From Pseudomonadota bacterium (GTDB taxonomy: Bacteria; Desulfobacterota; Binatia; UBA1149), in assembly GCA_014382245.1 (NCBI GenBank), contig JACNKC010000054.1, positions 631 to 64,630 on the forward strand: a DNA stretch of 64,000 nt. The letters are read 5' to 3'. This document shows, piece after piece, positions 8,978 through 17,910 of this stretch (within the stretch, counting starts at the first letter, position 1; each line of letters begins with the position of its first letter). The position numbers and the translations under genes are program-made. The notes under the pieces were generated by a model, which was not told the origin of the DNA, did no database searches, and saw only the letters and a list, made by a program, of their open reading frames with translations.

Positions 8978-9116
8978 CTGCTCCTGCGTCTGCTCCCTCG
9001 AAGGGGCTTGGGTGGTGCTTCGGGGAGACAAGTAAAAATACCGCTTCCCATCCGTGTGCGACGGGTAGGAATGGGTATCTATAAGCCCTGCGTTGGTATT
9101 GAAAGGAGACCTACGA

Positions 9117-9157
9117 CCTTTTCGGGGTTTGAGACGTGGTCTGAAACCCCGAAAAGG
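9117..9157 (-). terminator. Long near-perfect hairpin (18/19 bp, loop GTG) 17 nt downstream of the TonB-dependent receptor stop; probable terminator or REP-like element
   Basis: CCTTTTCGGGGTTTGAGAC-gtg-GTCTGAAACCCCGAAAAGG. On the minus-strand transcript it is followed by UCGUAGGUCUCCUUUC (only a weak U-tract). Confidence 0.4.
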
Positions 9158-9173
9158 TGCGTCTTCCCGTTCT

Positions 9174-11555
9174 TCAGCCGCCCCATTCCCAGGCAGTTTC
9201 TACGCCGATGGTCCTCGGGTCGCCGTAGGTGTTGCCCGAAATACCGAAGGCGTCGCCGAAGTCGATGCCGTAGTTGCGGTATTCCTTGTCAAACAGGTTG
9301 CGTGCCCACAGGGCCAGCGTCAGCGTTCCGTCGGGCGTGGCCACGTCGCTCAGCTGCAGGCGGGCGTTCACCAGCGCGTATTGTCCCTGGGCGTTGTACT
9401 CGTTGTCTTTGCCCAGGAACACGACTTCGTCCTGCCAGTAGGCGTCGATCCTCGCCGACCAGGTGCCGTAGCTCGTCGGGGCAAAGGTGTAAGAGCTGCT
9501 GGCGGTTACGGTCACGTCAGGGGTTTGTATGAAGGCGCGATCATCGGAAACATCGACCTCGGTTTCAACCCCTGTACCGGGGTCCACCACTATCTCGGTG
9601 AACTCGTCGTACTCAGGGTCGATGAGCCCTACGCCCAGGCGCAGGTCCAGCCCGGCCATGGGCAGGGCCACGACCTCGATCTCGGCCCCGGTGATCTCGG
9701 CCTTTGCCGCGTTCTCCAGCGTAGTGACAGCACCCTGCAGCGGGTCAGCGCGAAACACGGTCACTTGCTTGTTGTCGTAGTCGCTCAGGAAGGCCGCCGC
9801 GTTGATGACCAGGCGGTTGTCGAGCAGCTCGCTCTTTACGCCCAGCTCGTAGGAGGTTACTTCTTCGGGGTCGTAGCCGGCCTCGAAGGTGGCCTGGCTG
9901 GTGGCCCTGCCGTTGAAGCCGCCGCTCTTGAAGCCCCGCGCTACCCTGGCGTAGGTCATCAGTTTGTCGGTGGCCTGCCACTTGACGTCGACCATGGGCG
10001 AAAAGTTATCCCAGTCGTCCTCTGCGCTGGACGAGAAGTCGAGAAAATCGCAAGGGATCACCCCGCCCAGCCCGTCCGACACTGCCACGCAGTCGTAGTT
10101 GCGGTCGAGTTTCTTTTTTTCGTAGGTGTAGCGCCCACCGGCGGTCACGCTCACCGAGTTGTTGACCTGGTAGGTCGCCTGCCCGTAGGGGGCCACCGAG
10201 TAGTTGTCGAAACTCACGTCGGAGATGAAATCGTTGACCCCGCCGAAGAATATCTGCCGGTTATCGGCGCTACCGTCTTCTTCGAAGTAGTAAAGGCCGG
10301 CAACGTACTGCAGGCGGTCGTCCATGGCGCTGCCGATGGCCTGCAGCTCCTGGCTCAGCTGGTCCTGCTCGATTTCGAGGGCAAACTCGGCAAAGGACAG
10401 TGGCGTGCCGTCGAGATCCTGGTTTTCGGTGGTCTCGAAACTGCGGAGCCCGGTGATCGACTTGATGGTTACGTCGCCCAGGTCGTAGCTCGCAACCAGC
10501 CCGTGCCCGCGAACGTCGGCGTCGTGTATCAAGGGGCTGTCAAAACCGTTGAACGAGGTCACGCGGTTGTTCGAGGTCGAATCGCTGCGATCGGGGTTTA
10601 TGAAAGGAGTGATAATGCCCGCCGGTATCCCGGCGCCAGGGTCGCCGAACTGGTTGAGCAGGTCCAGCGGTGAACCGGGCCTGAGCGCTGAGAGCTGGAA
10701 GGCCGTGGGCTCCTCGGTCGAGTGGTGAAAGTCAAAGTTGTAGTCCAGCGTCCAGCGGTCGTTGCTGGGTTCCCACCTAAGCGAGGTGTTGCCTGCCCAG
10801 CGGTCGAGGTTGTCGAGCTCGCTGCTGCCCGGGCCCGGGTTGTCAAAGAAGCCGTCGCGGGTTTCGAACGAAAAAGTCGTGCGTCCGTTGACCGTACCTG
10901 CGCTGGCATTGTCAACGAGCGGGAAGTCCAGCGAGGCGGTGTTCTTAAGGTACTCTTCGCTGCCCAGCGACAACTTGTTGCGAAAGCCCCAGTCGCCCGA
11001 CGGCTTGCGGGTGATGAGATTGATGGCGCCGCCCACCGTGTTGCGGCCGTAAAGTGAGCCCTGTGGTCCGCGCAGCACCTCGATGCGTTCGAGGTCGGCC
11101 ACCGAGAACAGCGAGCCGGCCGACTTGGCCACGTAGACCCCGTCGAGATACACGCCCACGGTTGGTTCCAGCGTCACCGCCGGGTCCGAGGTTATCAGGC
11201 CGCGAATGCTCACCGTCATGCCGCTGTTGCCGCCGGCGTTGGTGTGCATGCCCAGGTTGGGGGTCATGTGGGCGATGTCGATGACCTCCGCCGCACCGAT
11301 TTCCTCAAGGGTAGTGGCAGAGAAGGCGCTTATCGATAACGGCGCTTCCTGCAGCTTTTCTTCGCGCTTCTGCGCGGTGACGGTGATTTCTTCGACCTCG
11401 GTCTTGCGGAGGTCCTCGGCCAACACGGCGGTTGGTACCGAGACTCCCGTCCCGGCCAGTACTGTGCAGGCCGCGAGCGCGAGAAGTCGTTTCGCGTGTT
11501 TTTCTTCCAGGAGGCTTACCGGCGAGATTCCGGATGTGATCGTAAAATGAGACAT
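9174..11555 (-). CDS. TonB-dependent receptor
   Basis: Signal peptide, then TonB box-like EITVTAQKRE, plug and barrel motifs (RIEVLRGPQGSLYGRNTVGGAINLITRKP), C-terminal aromatic end ...AWEWGG. Start at the ATG on the minus strand at 11555 (MSHFTITS...). Confidence 0.9.
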   Translation of the reverse strand: MSHFTITSGISPVSLLEEKHAKRLLALAACTVLAGTGVSVPTAVLAEDLRKTEVEEITVTAQKREEKLQEAPLSISAFSATTLEEIGAAEVIDIAHMTPNLGMHTNAGGNSGMTVSIRGLITSDPAVTLEPTVGVYLDGVYVAKSAGSLFSVADLERIEVLRGPQGSLYGRNTVGGAINLITRKPSGDWGFRNKLSLGSEEYLKNTASLDFPLVDNASAGTVNGRTTFSFETRDGFFDNPGPGSSELDNLDRWAGNTSLRWEPSNDRWTLDYNFDFHHSTEEPTAFQLSALRPGSPLDLLNQFGDPGAGIPAGIITPFINPDRSDSTSNNRVTSFNGFDSPLIHDADVRGHGLVASYDLGDVTIKSITGLRSFETTENQDLDGTPLSFAEFALEIEQDQLSQELQAIGSAMDDRLQYVAGLYYFEEDGSADNRQIFFGGVNDFISDVSFDNYSVAPYGQATYQVNNSVSVTAGGRYTYEKKKLDRNYDCVAVSDGLGGVIPCDFLDFSSSAEDDWDNFSPMVDVKWQATDKLMTYARVARGFKSGGFNGRATSQATFEAGYDPEEVTSYELGVKSELLDNRLVINAAAFLSDYDNKQVTVFRADPLQGAVTTLENAAKAEITGAEIEVVALPMAGLDLRLGVGLIDPEYDEFTEIVVDPGTGVETEVDVSDDRAFIQTPDVTVTASSSYTFAPTSYGTWSARIDAYWQDEVVFLGKDNEYNAQGQYALVNARLQLSDVATPDGTLTLALWARNLFDKEYRNYGIDFGDAFGISGNTYGDPRTIGVETAWEWGG

Positions 11556-11614
11556 AAGTGTTTTTCCCCTCGTGTTTTGCGGCAGGGCTATGATTGCCCT
11601 GCGCCACCGGGGCA

Positions 11615-12976
11615 TCAAGGTTTATTAAGCAATTGAGCGTTTTTTTCTGCCGAGATGTGCGCAGTCCAACGCCGCGCGTCATCGAGGGCGGTGCTGTCGC
11701 CGCCCTCCCTTTCGATCTGCTCGAAGACCTTGAGGGCTTCGCCCAGGCGCTCGTCGGACGCCAGGCTTATGCCCAGCAACAGGCTGGCAGTACTCCATTG
11801 GCGTGAGCGGGCCGGGGTATCGTCGTTGTCGCGTTCGCCGTCGCGGGTGTGGCCGGGCTCGCTGTCCAGCGCGGCGAGGCAGCCCCTGAGCACGCGCTCG
11901 GCGTCGCGCCAGCGCTCGCCGGCGATGTACAGCCGCGCCAGTTGCAGGGCGGGGGGTCCGGCCGGCTCAAGGGCCGCGGCTTTTTCCAGGGGCACAAGGG
12001 CGCGCTCGCTTTCACGTGCCAGCAGGTAGGAGTCGGCCAGCAGTTGCCAGTCGTCCAGGCCGGGGTCCAGGACCTTGTCGGTGATGGCGTTGTCAACCAC
12101 CCGCGCCGCTATCCACGGCAGGTCGTGGTAGAGGTAGCGCCGGGCGAGCCGGCGCAGCTCCGGCGCGCGATCGAGCAGGCCCGCTTCCCAGGCCACCTGC
12201 TCTATGGCCAGCGCGTCGTCGTGGCGACCCAGCTCGCCGTACACTGCCGACAACTGCAAGAAGTAACGCTTGCGGGCAAAGCGTTGCACGAGTTCTTCGA
12301 GCAGTGGCGCCGCGGCTCCGTAGCGCTGTTGTTCGAGTTCGAGCGACACCAGCAGCTCGAGCCACGACCTGGCAGGCGTCTTGCTCAATTGAACCGCGTG
12401 GCGTGCAGGCTCGAGCGCGTCGGCGTGGCGTTCGAGCTGCACGTACACCGCGGCGAGCAGGTACCAGGCCGAACCGGCCGGCCGGTCGGTCTGCTCAAAC
12501 CACTGCTCGAGCGCGGCCAGGGCCTTGCCAAAGTTTTCGGTGGCCAGGTGTAGTTGGGCCAGGTTATAGCGGGTGTTGAGCATCGCGCTTTCGGGCAATG
12601 CGTCCTGGGCCAGGCACTTGTCGAACCAGAGGGCCGCTGCGGCGTAGTCTCCAAGTGCCGATGAAAGATAGCCACGGGCCTGGTAGAGCAGGGCGGTTTC
12701 GTGAGGGTTGAGCTTAGACCTGCCCGCGAGCTGGTCGAGAAGTTCGCCCGCCCCGCTCAGCTGCTCGGCTGCCAGCAGTTCGTGGATTTTTTCGAGCTTG
12801 CGGTAGGCGTACTCGCCCACCGTGTAGTTGCCAGGCCGGCCCGCGGCGCAGGCCTCGTGGGGTTGCAGCACTGTCGCCAGCAGCACGGTCGCGCCCAGCA
12901 TGGTCGTCAGCAGCGCGCCCAGCACGGCGCGCACTGTCGGCCAGCCATTGCTACGCGGCAGCCGGGTGGCCGTCAC
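11615..12976 (-). CDS. TPR repeat protein (TtpD-like component of a TonB2-type system), signal-peptide bearing
   Basis: Multiple 34-aa TPR-like repeats (ALLYQARGYLSSALGDYAAAALWFDKCL...). GTG start overlaps the tonB stop (GTGA). Confidence 0.7.
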   Translation of the reverse strand: MTATRLPRSNGWPTVRAVLGALLTTMLGATVLLATVLQPHEACAAGRPGNYTVGEYAYRKLEKIHELLAAEQLSGAGELLDQLAGRSKLNPHETALLYQARGYLSSALGDYAAAALWFDKCLAQDALPESAMLNTRYNLAQLHLATENFGKALAALEQWFEQTDRPAGSAWYLLAAVYVQLERHADALEPARHAVQLSKTPARSWLELLVSLELEQQRYGAAAPLLEELVQRFARKRYFLQLSAVYGELGRHDDALAIEQVAWEAGLLDRAPELRRLARRYLYHDLPWIAARVVDNAITDKVLDPGLDDWQLLADSYLLARESERALVPLEKAAALEPAGPPALQLARLYIAGERWRDAERVLRGCLAALDSEPGHTRDGERDNDDTPARSRQWSTASLLLGISLASDERLGEALKVFEQIEREGGDSTALDDARRWTAHISAEKNAQLLNKP

Positions 12977-13587
12977 CGCGTGCCCTCCAACGAAAAGTTC
13001 AGGCGCACGCGCACGCCCTGTCTTTCAACGGGCTGGCCGTCAACGAGACGGGGACGGTATTTCCAGCGGCGTATGGCGCGTATGGCGGCGCGGTTGAACA
13101 CCGTGCCGCCGCTGGTAGCGGTCACCCTGGGGCCGCGTACCGTGCCCACGGCCGTGATCGTGAACTCGATCTCCACCCAGCCCTCCAGCCCGCGTTCCTG
13201 GGCCGCCAGCGGGTACTGTGGGTTCACGCGCACCAGGGGCACTACGTCGGTGTCGCTGGGAGCGCCCAGCCACGGGCCGCCCGACATGTCGACCGTGGGA
13301 GTAAAATTCGATCCTGATTTCAACAGGTCCTGTTGCGGCAACTCGCGTGGCCGTGGTGCCGCCGGCGGTGGGGGCGGAGCCGGTGGGGGTTGGGCGCGAT
13401 CGGGTAGCTGCCGGTCACGCGCGCGCGTCTCGGAGTCTTTCTTCAGGCGCACGAACTCTATGCGTCCACCGTGAACGCTATCTTCGAGCGGTGCCTGTTC
13501 GGGCTCCACCAGCGCGCGCATCACCAGCAGCACTGCCAACGTCACGGCGGCCGACGCGGCGCCGAAAAGCAGGTAGCGCAGGGTCAT
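12973..13587 (-). CDS. tonB: Energy transducer TonB
   Basis: N-terminal TM anchor, Pro-rich spacer PPPAPPPPPAAPRPRELP, C-terminal TonB domain (YPLAAQERGLEGWVEIEFTI...GTV..RVNFSLE). Confidence 0.85.
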   Translation of the reverse strand: MTLRYLLFGAASAAVTLAVLLVMRALVEPEQAPLEDSVHGGRIEFVRLKKDSETRARDRQLPDRAQPPPAPPPPPAAPRPRELPQQDLLKSGSNFTPTVDMSGGPWLGAPSDTDVVPLVRVNPQYPLAAQERGLEGWVEIEFTITAVGTVRGPRVTATSGGTVFNRAAIRAIRRWKYRPRLVDGQPVERQGVRVRLNFSLEGTR

Positions 13588-13597
13588 CGGGCGGGGG

Positions 13598-14002
13598 TCA
13601 CTCCACTGCTTCCGCGGCTATCGACACGTTGGCTATGCCGGCAAGGCGGGCCGCGTCCATTACCTGCACGAGCAGGCCGTTTTTCGATTCGCGGTCGGCC
13701 TGTATAACCAGTGCGCCCTGTGGGTTCTCGGCGTGCATTTTTTCCAGGTTGGCACGCACGCTGCGCACGTCGACCGCGCGCCGGTCTATCCATACCTGCC
13801 CGTCACGGCTTATGGCCACCAATATGTTGCCGCGTTGCTCGCGTTCCGCGGTGGCCGCGTCGGGCTTGCTCACTTCTATGCCTGACTCCTTGACGAAGGA
13901 GGCCGTGACGATAAAAAAAATCAGCATGATGAACACGACGTCCAGCATGGGGGTCATGTTGATGTCGGTTTCTTCTTCCTGCCCTTTGCGTTTACGCCGC
14001 AT
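13598..14002 (-). CDS. exbD: Biopolymer transporter ExbD/TolR
   Basis: 134 aa; INMTPMLDVVFIMLIFFIV TM and periplasmic domain typical of ExbD. Confidence 0.9.
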   Translation of the reverse strand: MRRKRKGQEEETDINMTPMLDVVFIMLIFFIVTASFVKESGIEVSKPDAATAEREQRGNILVAISRDGQVWIDRRAVDVRSVRANLEKMHAENPQGALVIQADRESKNGLLVQVMDAARLAGIANVSIAAEAVE

Positions 14003-14017
14003 AAAATCGTCCGTGTT

Positions 14018-14578
14018 TCAGATGCTTCCAGGGCCGGCGTGCCCAGCGCTCACCATGCGGTCGCCGAGGGCCTGGCCTTCGCGTTGAGCGTGGCGTTCGA
14101 GCTGGCTGACCACCAGCAGGCCCGACAACGCCGCTACCATGCCGGCCATGGTGGGTATGGTGGCGCGCCCCACCCCGGCCGCCATGGCGCGGGCGTTGCC
14201 GTTGCCCGACACCGCCATTACGTCGAAGACCTCTATCATGCCGGTCACCGTGCCCAGCAGCCCGAGCAACGGGCACACGGCCACCAGCGTGCGTATGAGC
14301 AGCAGGCCTTTTCCGAGTTCCTCGCGGGTGCCCGCCACCAGCATGCGCTTGATGTCGTGGGCCCCGCGCGACGAACGTTCGGGTAGCCTTAGCCAATGAT
14401 CGAGCGCGAGCTGCTTTACCGCGGGATAATCGGCGCGCTTGTACCACAGCCTTTCGAGTATCAGCGCCCACATCACGAAGGTCACCAGCGCGATAACCGC
14501 TAGTACCGGGCCGCCGGCTTCGAGGAAATCACGCGCCAGTAGAACGGGTGTCAGCAGCCAGGCCAGGACGTCAGCCAT
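14018..14578 (-). CDS. exbB: MotA/TolQ/ExbB proton-channel family protein
   Basis: 186 aa; LLGLLGTVTGMIEVF motif of the ExbB/TolQ TM2-3 region. Confidence 0.9.
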   Translation of the reverse strand: MADVLAWLLTPVLLARDFLEAGGPVLAVIALVTFVMWALILERLWYKRADYPAVKQLALDHWLRLPERSSRGAHDIKRMLVAGTREELGKGLLLIRTLVAVCPLLGLLGTVTGMIEVFDVMAVSGNGNARAMAAGVGRATIPTMAGMVAALSGLLVVSQLERHAQREGQALGDRMVSAGHAGPGSI

Positions 14579-15968
14579 TGCCGCCGTCCTTCTTTGATCT
14601 CAGCACGACCATGCCGGCTGCCTGCTGCTCGAGCACGTCGTTTATACGCCGGACGCCGCTCGTGACCAGCGCGTGCAACAGCAGCAGCGGGATGGCCACG
14701 CACAGGCCGAGCATGGTTGTGACCAGCGCTTCGGATATGCCGCCGGCCATCAGTCGCGGGTCGCCGGTGCCGAACAGGGTGATGGCCTGAAAGGTTCGTA
14801 TCATGCCGGTCACGGTGCCCAGCAGTCCCAGCAGTGGCGCCACCACCGACACCGTGCGCACCACCCACAGGTAGCGGTCCAGGCTGGTGGTTTCCTTGAG
14901 GATGGCTTCGTCGAGAAGCAGTTCGAGCGACTCTACGTCGGCGGTGGTGTTTGTATCGGCCACCGCGAGCACGCGTCCCAGTGCGTTACCGGCGCTGGCA
15001 TCGGGCGACTGCTGCTGGGCGCGTACCCTGCGGTCTTCGGCCAGCGTGACCAGTAGCCGCCACAGCCCCAGTACCGCTCCCGCAGCGCCGAGCAACAGTA
15101 TGACCGCTCCCACCGCGCGACCCTGGGCTATGCGTTCGCCCAGGCTTGGGGTCTGCACCAGCAGCGACAGCAGCACGCCGCGCGAGGGGTCGAGCGCCAG
15201 CGCGGCGCTGCCTGGCCCTGCTTTCTCGAAACGGCGCACGCTGGCCAGGTGTCTCGACGAGGGTTGACGGCCGAGTTCGGCCAGGCGTTTTATCCCGGGA
15301 AGCCACTGCAGGTAGTGCCCGTCCAGGAGCACGTTGAAGGCGCCCACGCGCAGCACTTCGCGCTCGCGTTCTTTTCCGTCGGCGCCCAGAACCGGGGCGC
15401 GAAAGCGCAGCACCCGGCCCTGTTCGGTCATTTCCTGCTGAAGGGCGTACCAGAGTTTTTCGAGCGACTCGGCCTGCGGGAGCTTGCGGCTTGAAGCCAG
15501 TTCGCCAAGGAACTCACCGCGATTGGTTATCTGGGCGCTGGTGATCGATTGCTCGAGGTGCCCCAGGGTGTCACCTGCCACCTGCCTGACGGTACCGAAG
15601 GCTTCGCCCAGTGTGCCCAGGCGTTCGGCAAGCGTGCCCTCGAGCTGCGTGATGTGCTGCTCGTTGTTTTCAAAGTCCTGCTCGAGCTGTTGGCTGCGTG
15701 CTTCCTGCAGGGCCAACTCGTTGCGCGCGGCGCTGAGCAGGCGTTTCTGCCGGTCACGATCACGGGCAAAGCTGCTTTCGCGCTCGCGGTTTTCACCGCG
15801 CTCGCGCTCCCATCCGCTGCGGACCGTGGAGAGCAATTCGGCCAGCGTTGCGGGTTTCTTTGTGCCAGCGTCCACGCCAGGGGAGGCGCTGTCGGCCGCA
15901 CCCACGGGCACGGCGGCCATTGCCGCCAGCAAGATAGTGTTCGCCAGCAACAAGGCGCAGCGCTTCAC
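14571..15968 (-). CDS. Large MotA/TolQ/ExbB family protein with an N-terminal periplasmic coiled-coil domain (TtpC-like)
   Basis: C-terminal LLGLLGTVTGMIRTFQAI ExbB motif preceded by about 300 aa of coiled-coil. GTG start 15968 overlaps the DUF3450 stop (GTGA); signal-like N-terminus VKRCALLLANTILLAAMAAVPVGAA. Confidence 0.8.
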   Translation of the reverse strand: MKRCALLLANTILLAAMAAVPVGAADSASPGVDAGTKKPATLAELLSTVRSGWERERGENRERESSFARDRDRQKRLLSAARNELALQEARSQQLEQDFENNEQHITQLEGTLAERLGTLGEAFGTVRQVAGDTLGHLEQSITSAQITNRGEFLGELASSRKLPQAESLEKLWYALQQEMTEQGRVLRFRAPVLGADGKEREREVLRVGAFNVLLDGHYLQWLPGIKRLAELGRQPSSRHLASVRRFEKAGPGSAALALDPSRGVLLSLLVQTPSLGERIAQGRAVGAVILLLGAAGAVLGLWRLLVTLAEDRRVRAQQQSPDASAGNALGRVLAVADTNTTADVESLELLLDEAILKETTSLDRYLWVVRTVSVVAPLLGLLGTVTGMIRTFQAITLFGTGDPRLMAGGISEALVTTMLGLCVAIPLLLLHALVTSGVRRINDVLEQQAAGMVVLRSKKDGGNG

Positions 15969-16825
15969 GACTGGTCTCCGCCGCTTCCTGCCGGCTGCCG
16001 AGCGGTGGGTAGTGGCGTGGCTGCTGGAAGCGGCAGCTCGAGCAGGGCCGGCGCGGTCTGCTCGCGGGCCACCGCAAGCCCCTTGCGTATGGCCGCGCCG
16101 TAGTCGCCGTCGAGGTCGGTCCACGCGCCGGTGTCGCGGTCCCAGGCTCCCGTGAGTTTGCCGTCGAGCGAACGATAGAGCAGTGCCAAGCGGCCCACGC
16201 GCAGGAAGTCCACCGTGCGCTCTGTGTCACCCAGGCTAAGCGTGCCGCGATAGGCCTCCAGGGTACGGCCGTACTCGTTTTCGACCTGGTACGCTTCGAG
16301 CACGCGACGGTATTTTTCGGAGTCGGTAACGTCGGCCCTGTCCATCATGGCCCTGAGCGAGGCCACCCTGTTGGCTCGCTCGTCGGCGAGGAAAGGAATA
16401 TCGAGCTCGACGAAGCTCTCCAGTGAGTCGATCATGCGCAGCATCAGCGGTGAGAGTTGACGACCGACCAGGGCCACCTGCTCGATCTGTTCGCCCAGCG
16501 AATCTATGTCTTCTTTTTGCCTGGTCAGCAGGCGGTTGAGCTGGACGTTGTAGACGCGCAGTGACTTGACCTGCTCGAGCACGCGGCGGTACTCGGCGAT
16601 CGTGGTGTCGGTTTCGTCTGCCAGCCGATCTATCTTCTGCTGCGAGAGCAGCGAATCGGCGTTGGCCTTATCGCGGATCTCGATGGCCAGGTCCAGTGCC
16701 TCGGGGGGATCGTCTGCGGTTGCTGTTGCCGCCAGTACTGCCGCCAGGAACAAGGTCGTGGTGACCGAGGCCACGCTTGCTCGCCAGGGAAGGATAGGGC
16801 GGTTATGAAAAACAAGTGGCTTCAC
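15965..16825 (-). CDS. DUF3450 domain protein (first gene of TonB2-type operon, TtpB-like)
   Basis: Signal peptide plus coiled-coil rich protein (LLSQQKIDRLADETDTTIAEYRRVLEQVKSLRVYN...) in the conserved position upstream of the large ExbB homolog. Start approximate (GTG 16825). Confidence 0.65.
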   Translation of the reverse strand: MKPLVFHNRPILPWRASVASVTTTLFLAAVLAATATADDPPEALDLAIEIRDKANADSLLSQQKIDRLADETDTTIAEYRRVLEQVKSLRVYNVQLNRLLTRQKEDIDSLGEQIEQVALVGRQLSPLMLRMIDSLESFVELDIPFLADERANRVASLRAMMDRADVTDSEKYRRVLEAYQVENEYGRTLEAYRGTLSLGDTERTVDFLRVGRLALLYRSLDGKLTGAWDRDTGAWTDLDGDYGAAIRKGLAVAREQTAPALLELPLPAATPLPTARQPAGSGGDQS

Positions 16826-16971
16826 ATCTGGACTCCAGGGTTTACGATCATCGCGGTACCGCATGCGCCGGGCTGCCTTGCGACGTCTGCTGCGTATAAC
16901 GTAGAAGCGCTAACTATTACAACGACTGCCTGGTATGCACGGGCGTGAGCGATGACGAGGAGCACAAGACG

Positions 16972-17790
16972 ATGACCGGTAACAGCGAGGGCAGGGTGGT
17001 GCTGGTTACGGGGGCGTCCTCGGGCTTCGGGCGCGAGACAGCGGCGCTGCTGGCCGAGAGGGGTTGGCGCGTGTACGGCACGAGTCGTCGCCCGTCCGGC
17101 TGCGAGGAGTCGCGTTTCGATCTGCTCGAACTCGACGTTACCAGCGAGCGTTCTGTGACCGACTGTGTCGGCGAGTTGCTCGAGCGCGAAGGTCGCGTGG
17201 ACGCGCTGGTCAACAATGCCGGGGTCGTGATGGGTGGTGCTCTTGAAGAAACCAGCGACGACGAGGCGTTGGCGCTGTTGCAGGTCAACTTGCTGGGGCC
17301 TGCCCGGGTGGCGCGCGCGGTGCTGCCGGCCATGCGCAGCGCCGGACGTGGGCGCATAGTCAACGTGGGCTCCCTGGCCTCGATGGTGGGCCTGCCTTTT
17401 CAGGCCTGGTACTCGGCGAGCAAGGCCGGCCTGGCGCTGTTCAGCGAGGGCCTGCGGCAGGAAGTGCGTGCGCAGGGCGTGTGGGTGTCGCTGGTGGAGC
17501 CCGGTGATTTTGCCACCGAGATAAGCGATCACCGCTTGTCGGTTGATAAGCGTCTCGATGTTTACGCGGCTGCGCGCGAACGCGCGGTGGCCGTCATGGC
17601 GGCCGATGAGCGCAGCGGTCCCGCGCCCGTGGTCGTGGCTCGCATGGTCGCGCGCGCTTTGTCGGACCGCCGGCCGCGGCACTGCTATAGAGTCGGTCGC
17701 GAGGTCCCGTGGTTGACCGCGGCCATGGCCCTGCTGCCCGCTCGTTTTACCGAGGCCGCTGTCAGGCGCCTCTACCGCGTAGACGGCTGA
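16972..17790 (+). CDS. SDR family oxidoreductase
   Basis: VVLVTGASSGFGRETA, NNAG, YSASK catalytic motif. Start at M10 (alternative 16945). Confidence 0.85.
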   Translation: MTGNSEGRVVLVTGASSGFGRETAALLAERGWRVYGTSRRPSGCEESRFDLLELDVTSERSVTDCVGELLEREGRVDALVNNAGVVMGGALEETSDDEALALLQVNLLGPARVARAVLPAMRSAGRGRIVNVGSLASMVGLPFQAWYSASKAGLALFSEGLRQEVRAQGVWVSLVEPGDFATEISDHRLSVDKRLDVYAAARERAVAVMAADERSGPAPVVVARMVARALSDRRPRHCYRVGREVPWLTAAMALLPARFTEAAVRRLYRVDG

Positions 17791-17910
17791 CGTCGCTCTC
17801 CCCCTTCGGCGTTCTTTTGTGCTGGCCGGTGGTTGTGCGTAGCGTCTGGGGGTCGTTGGTTTACCGTGTCGGCGGTGAAAAAAGGGAGGCCTCGTCCCGG
17901 AGGTGTAATC

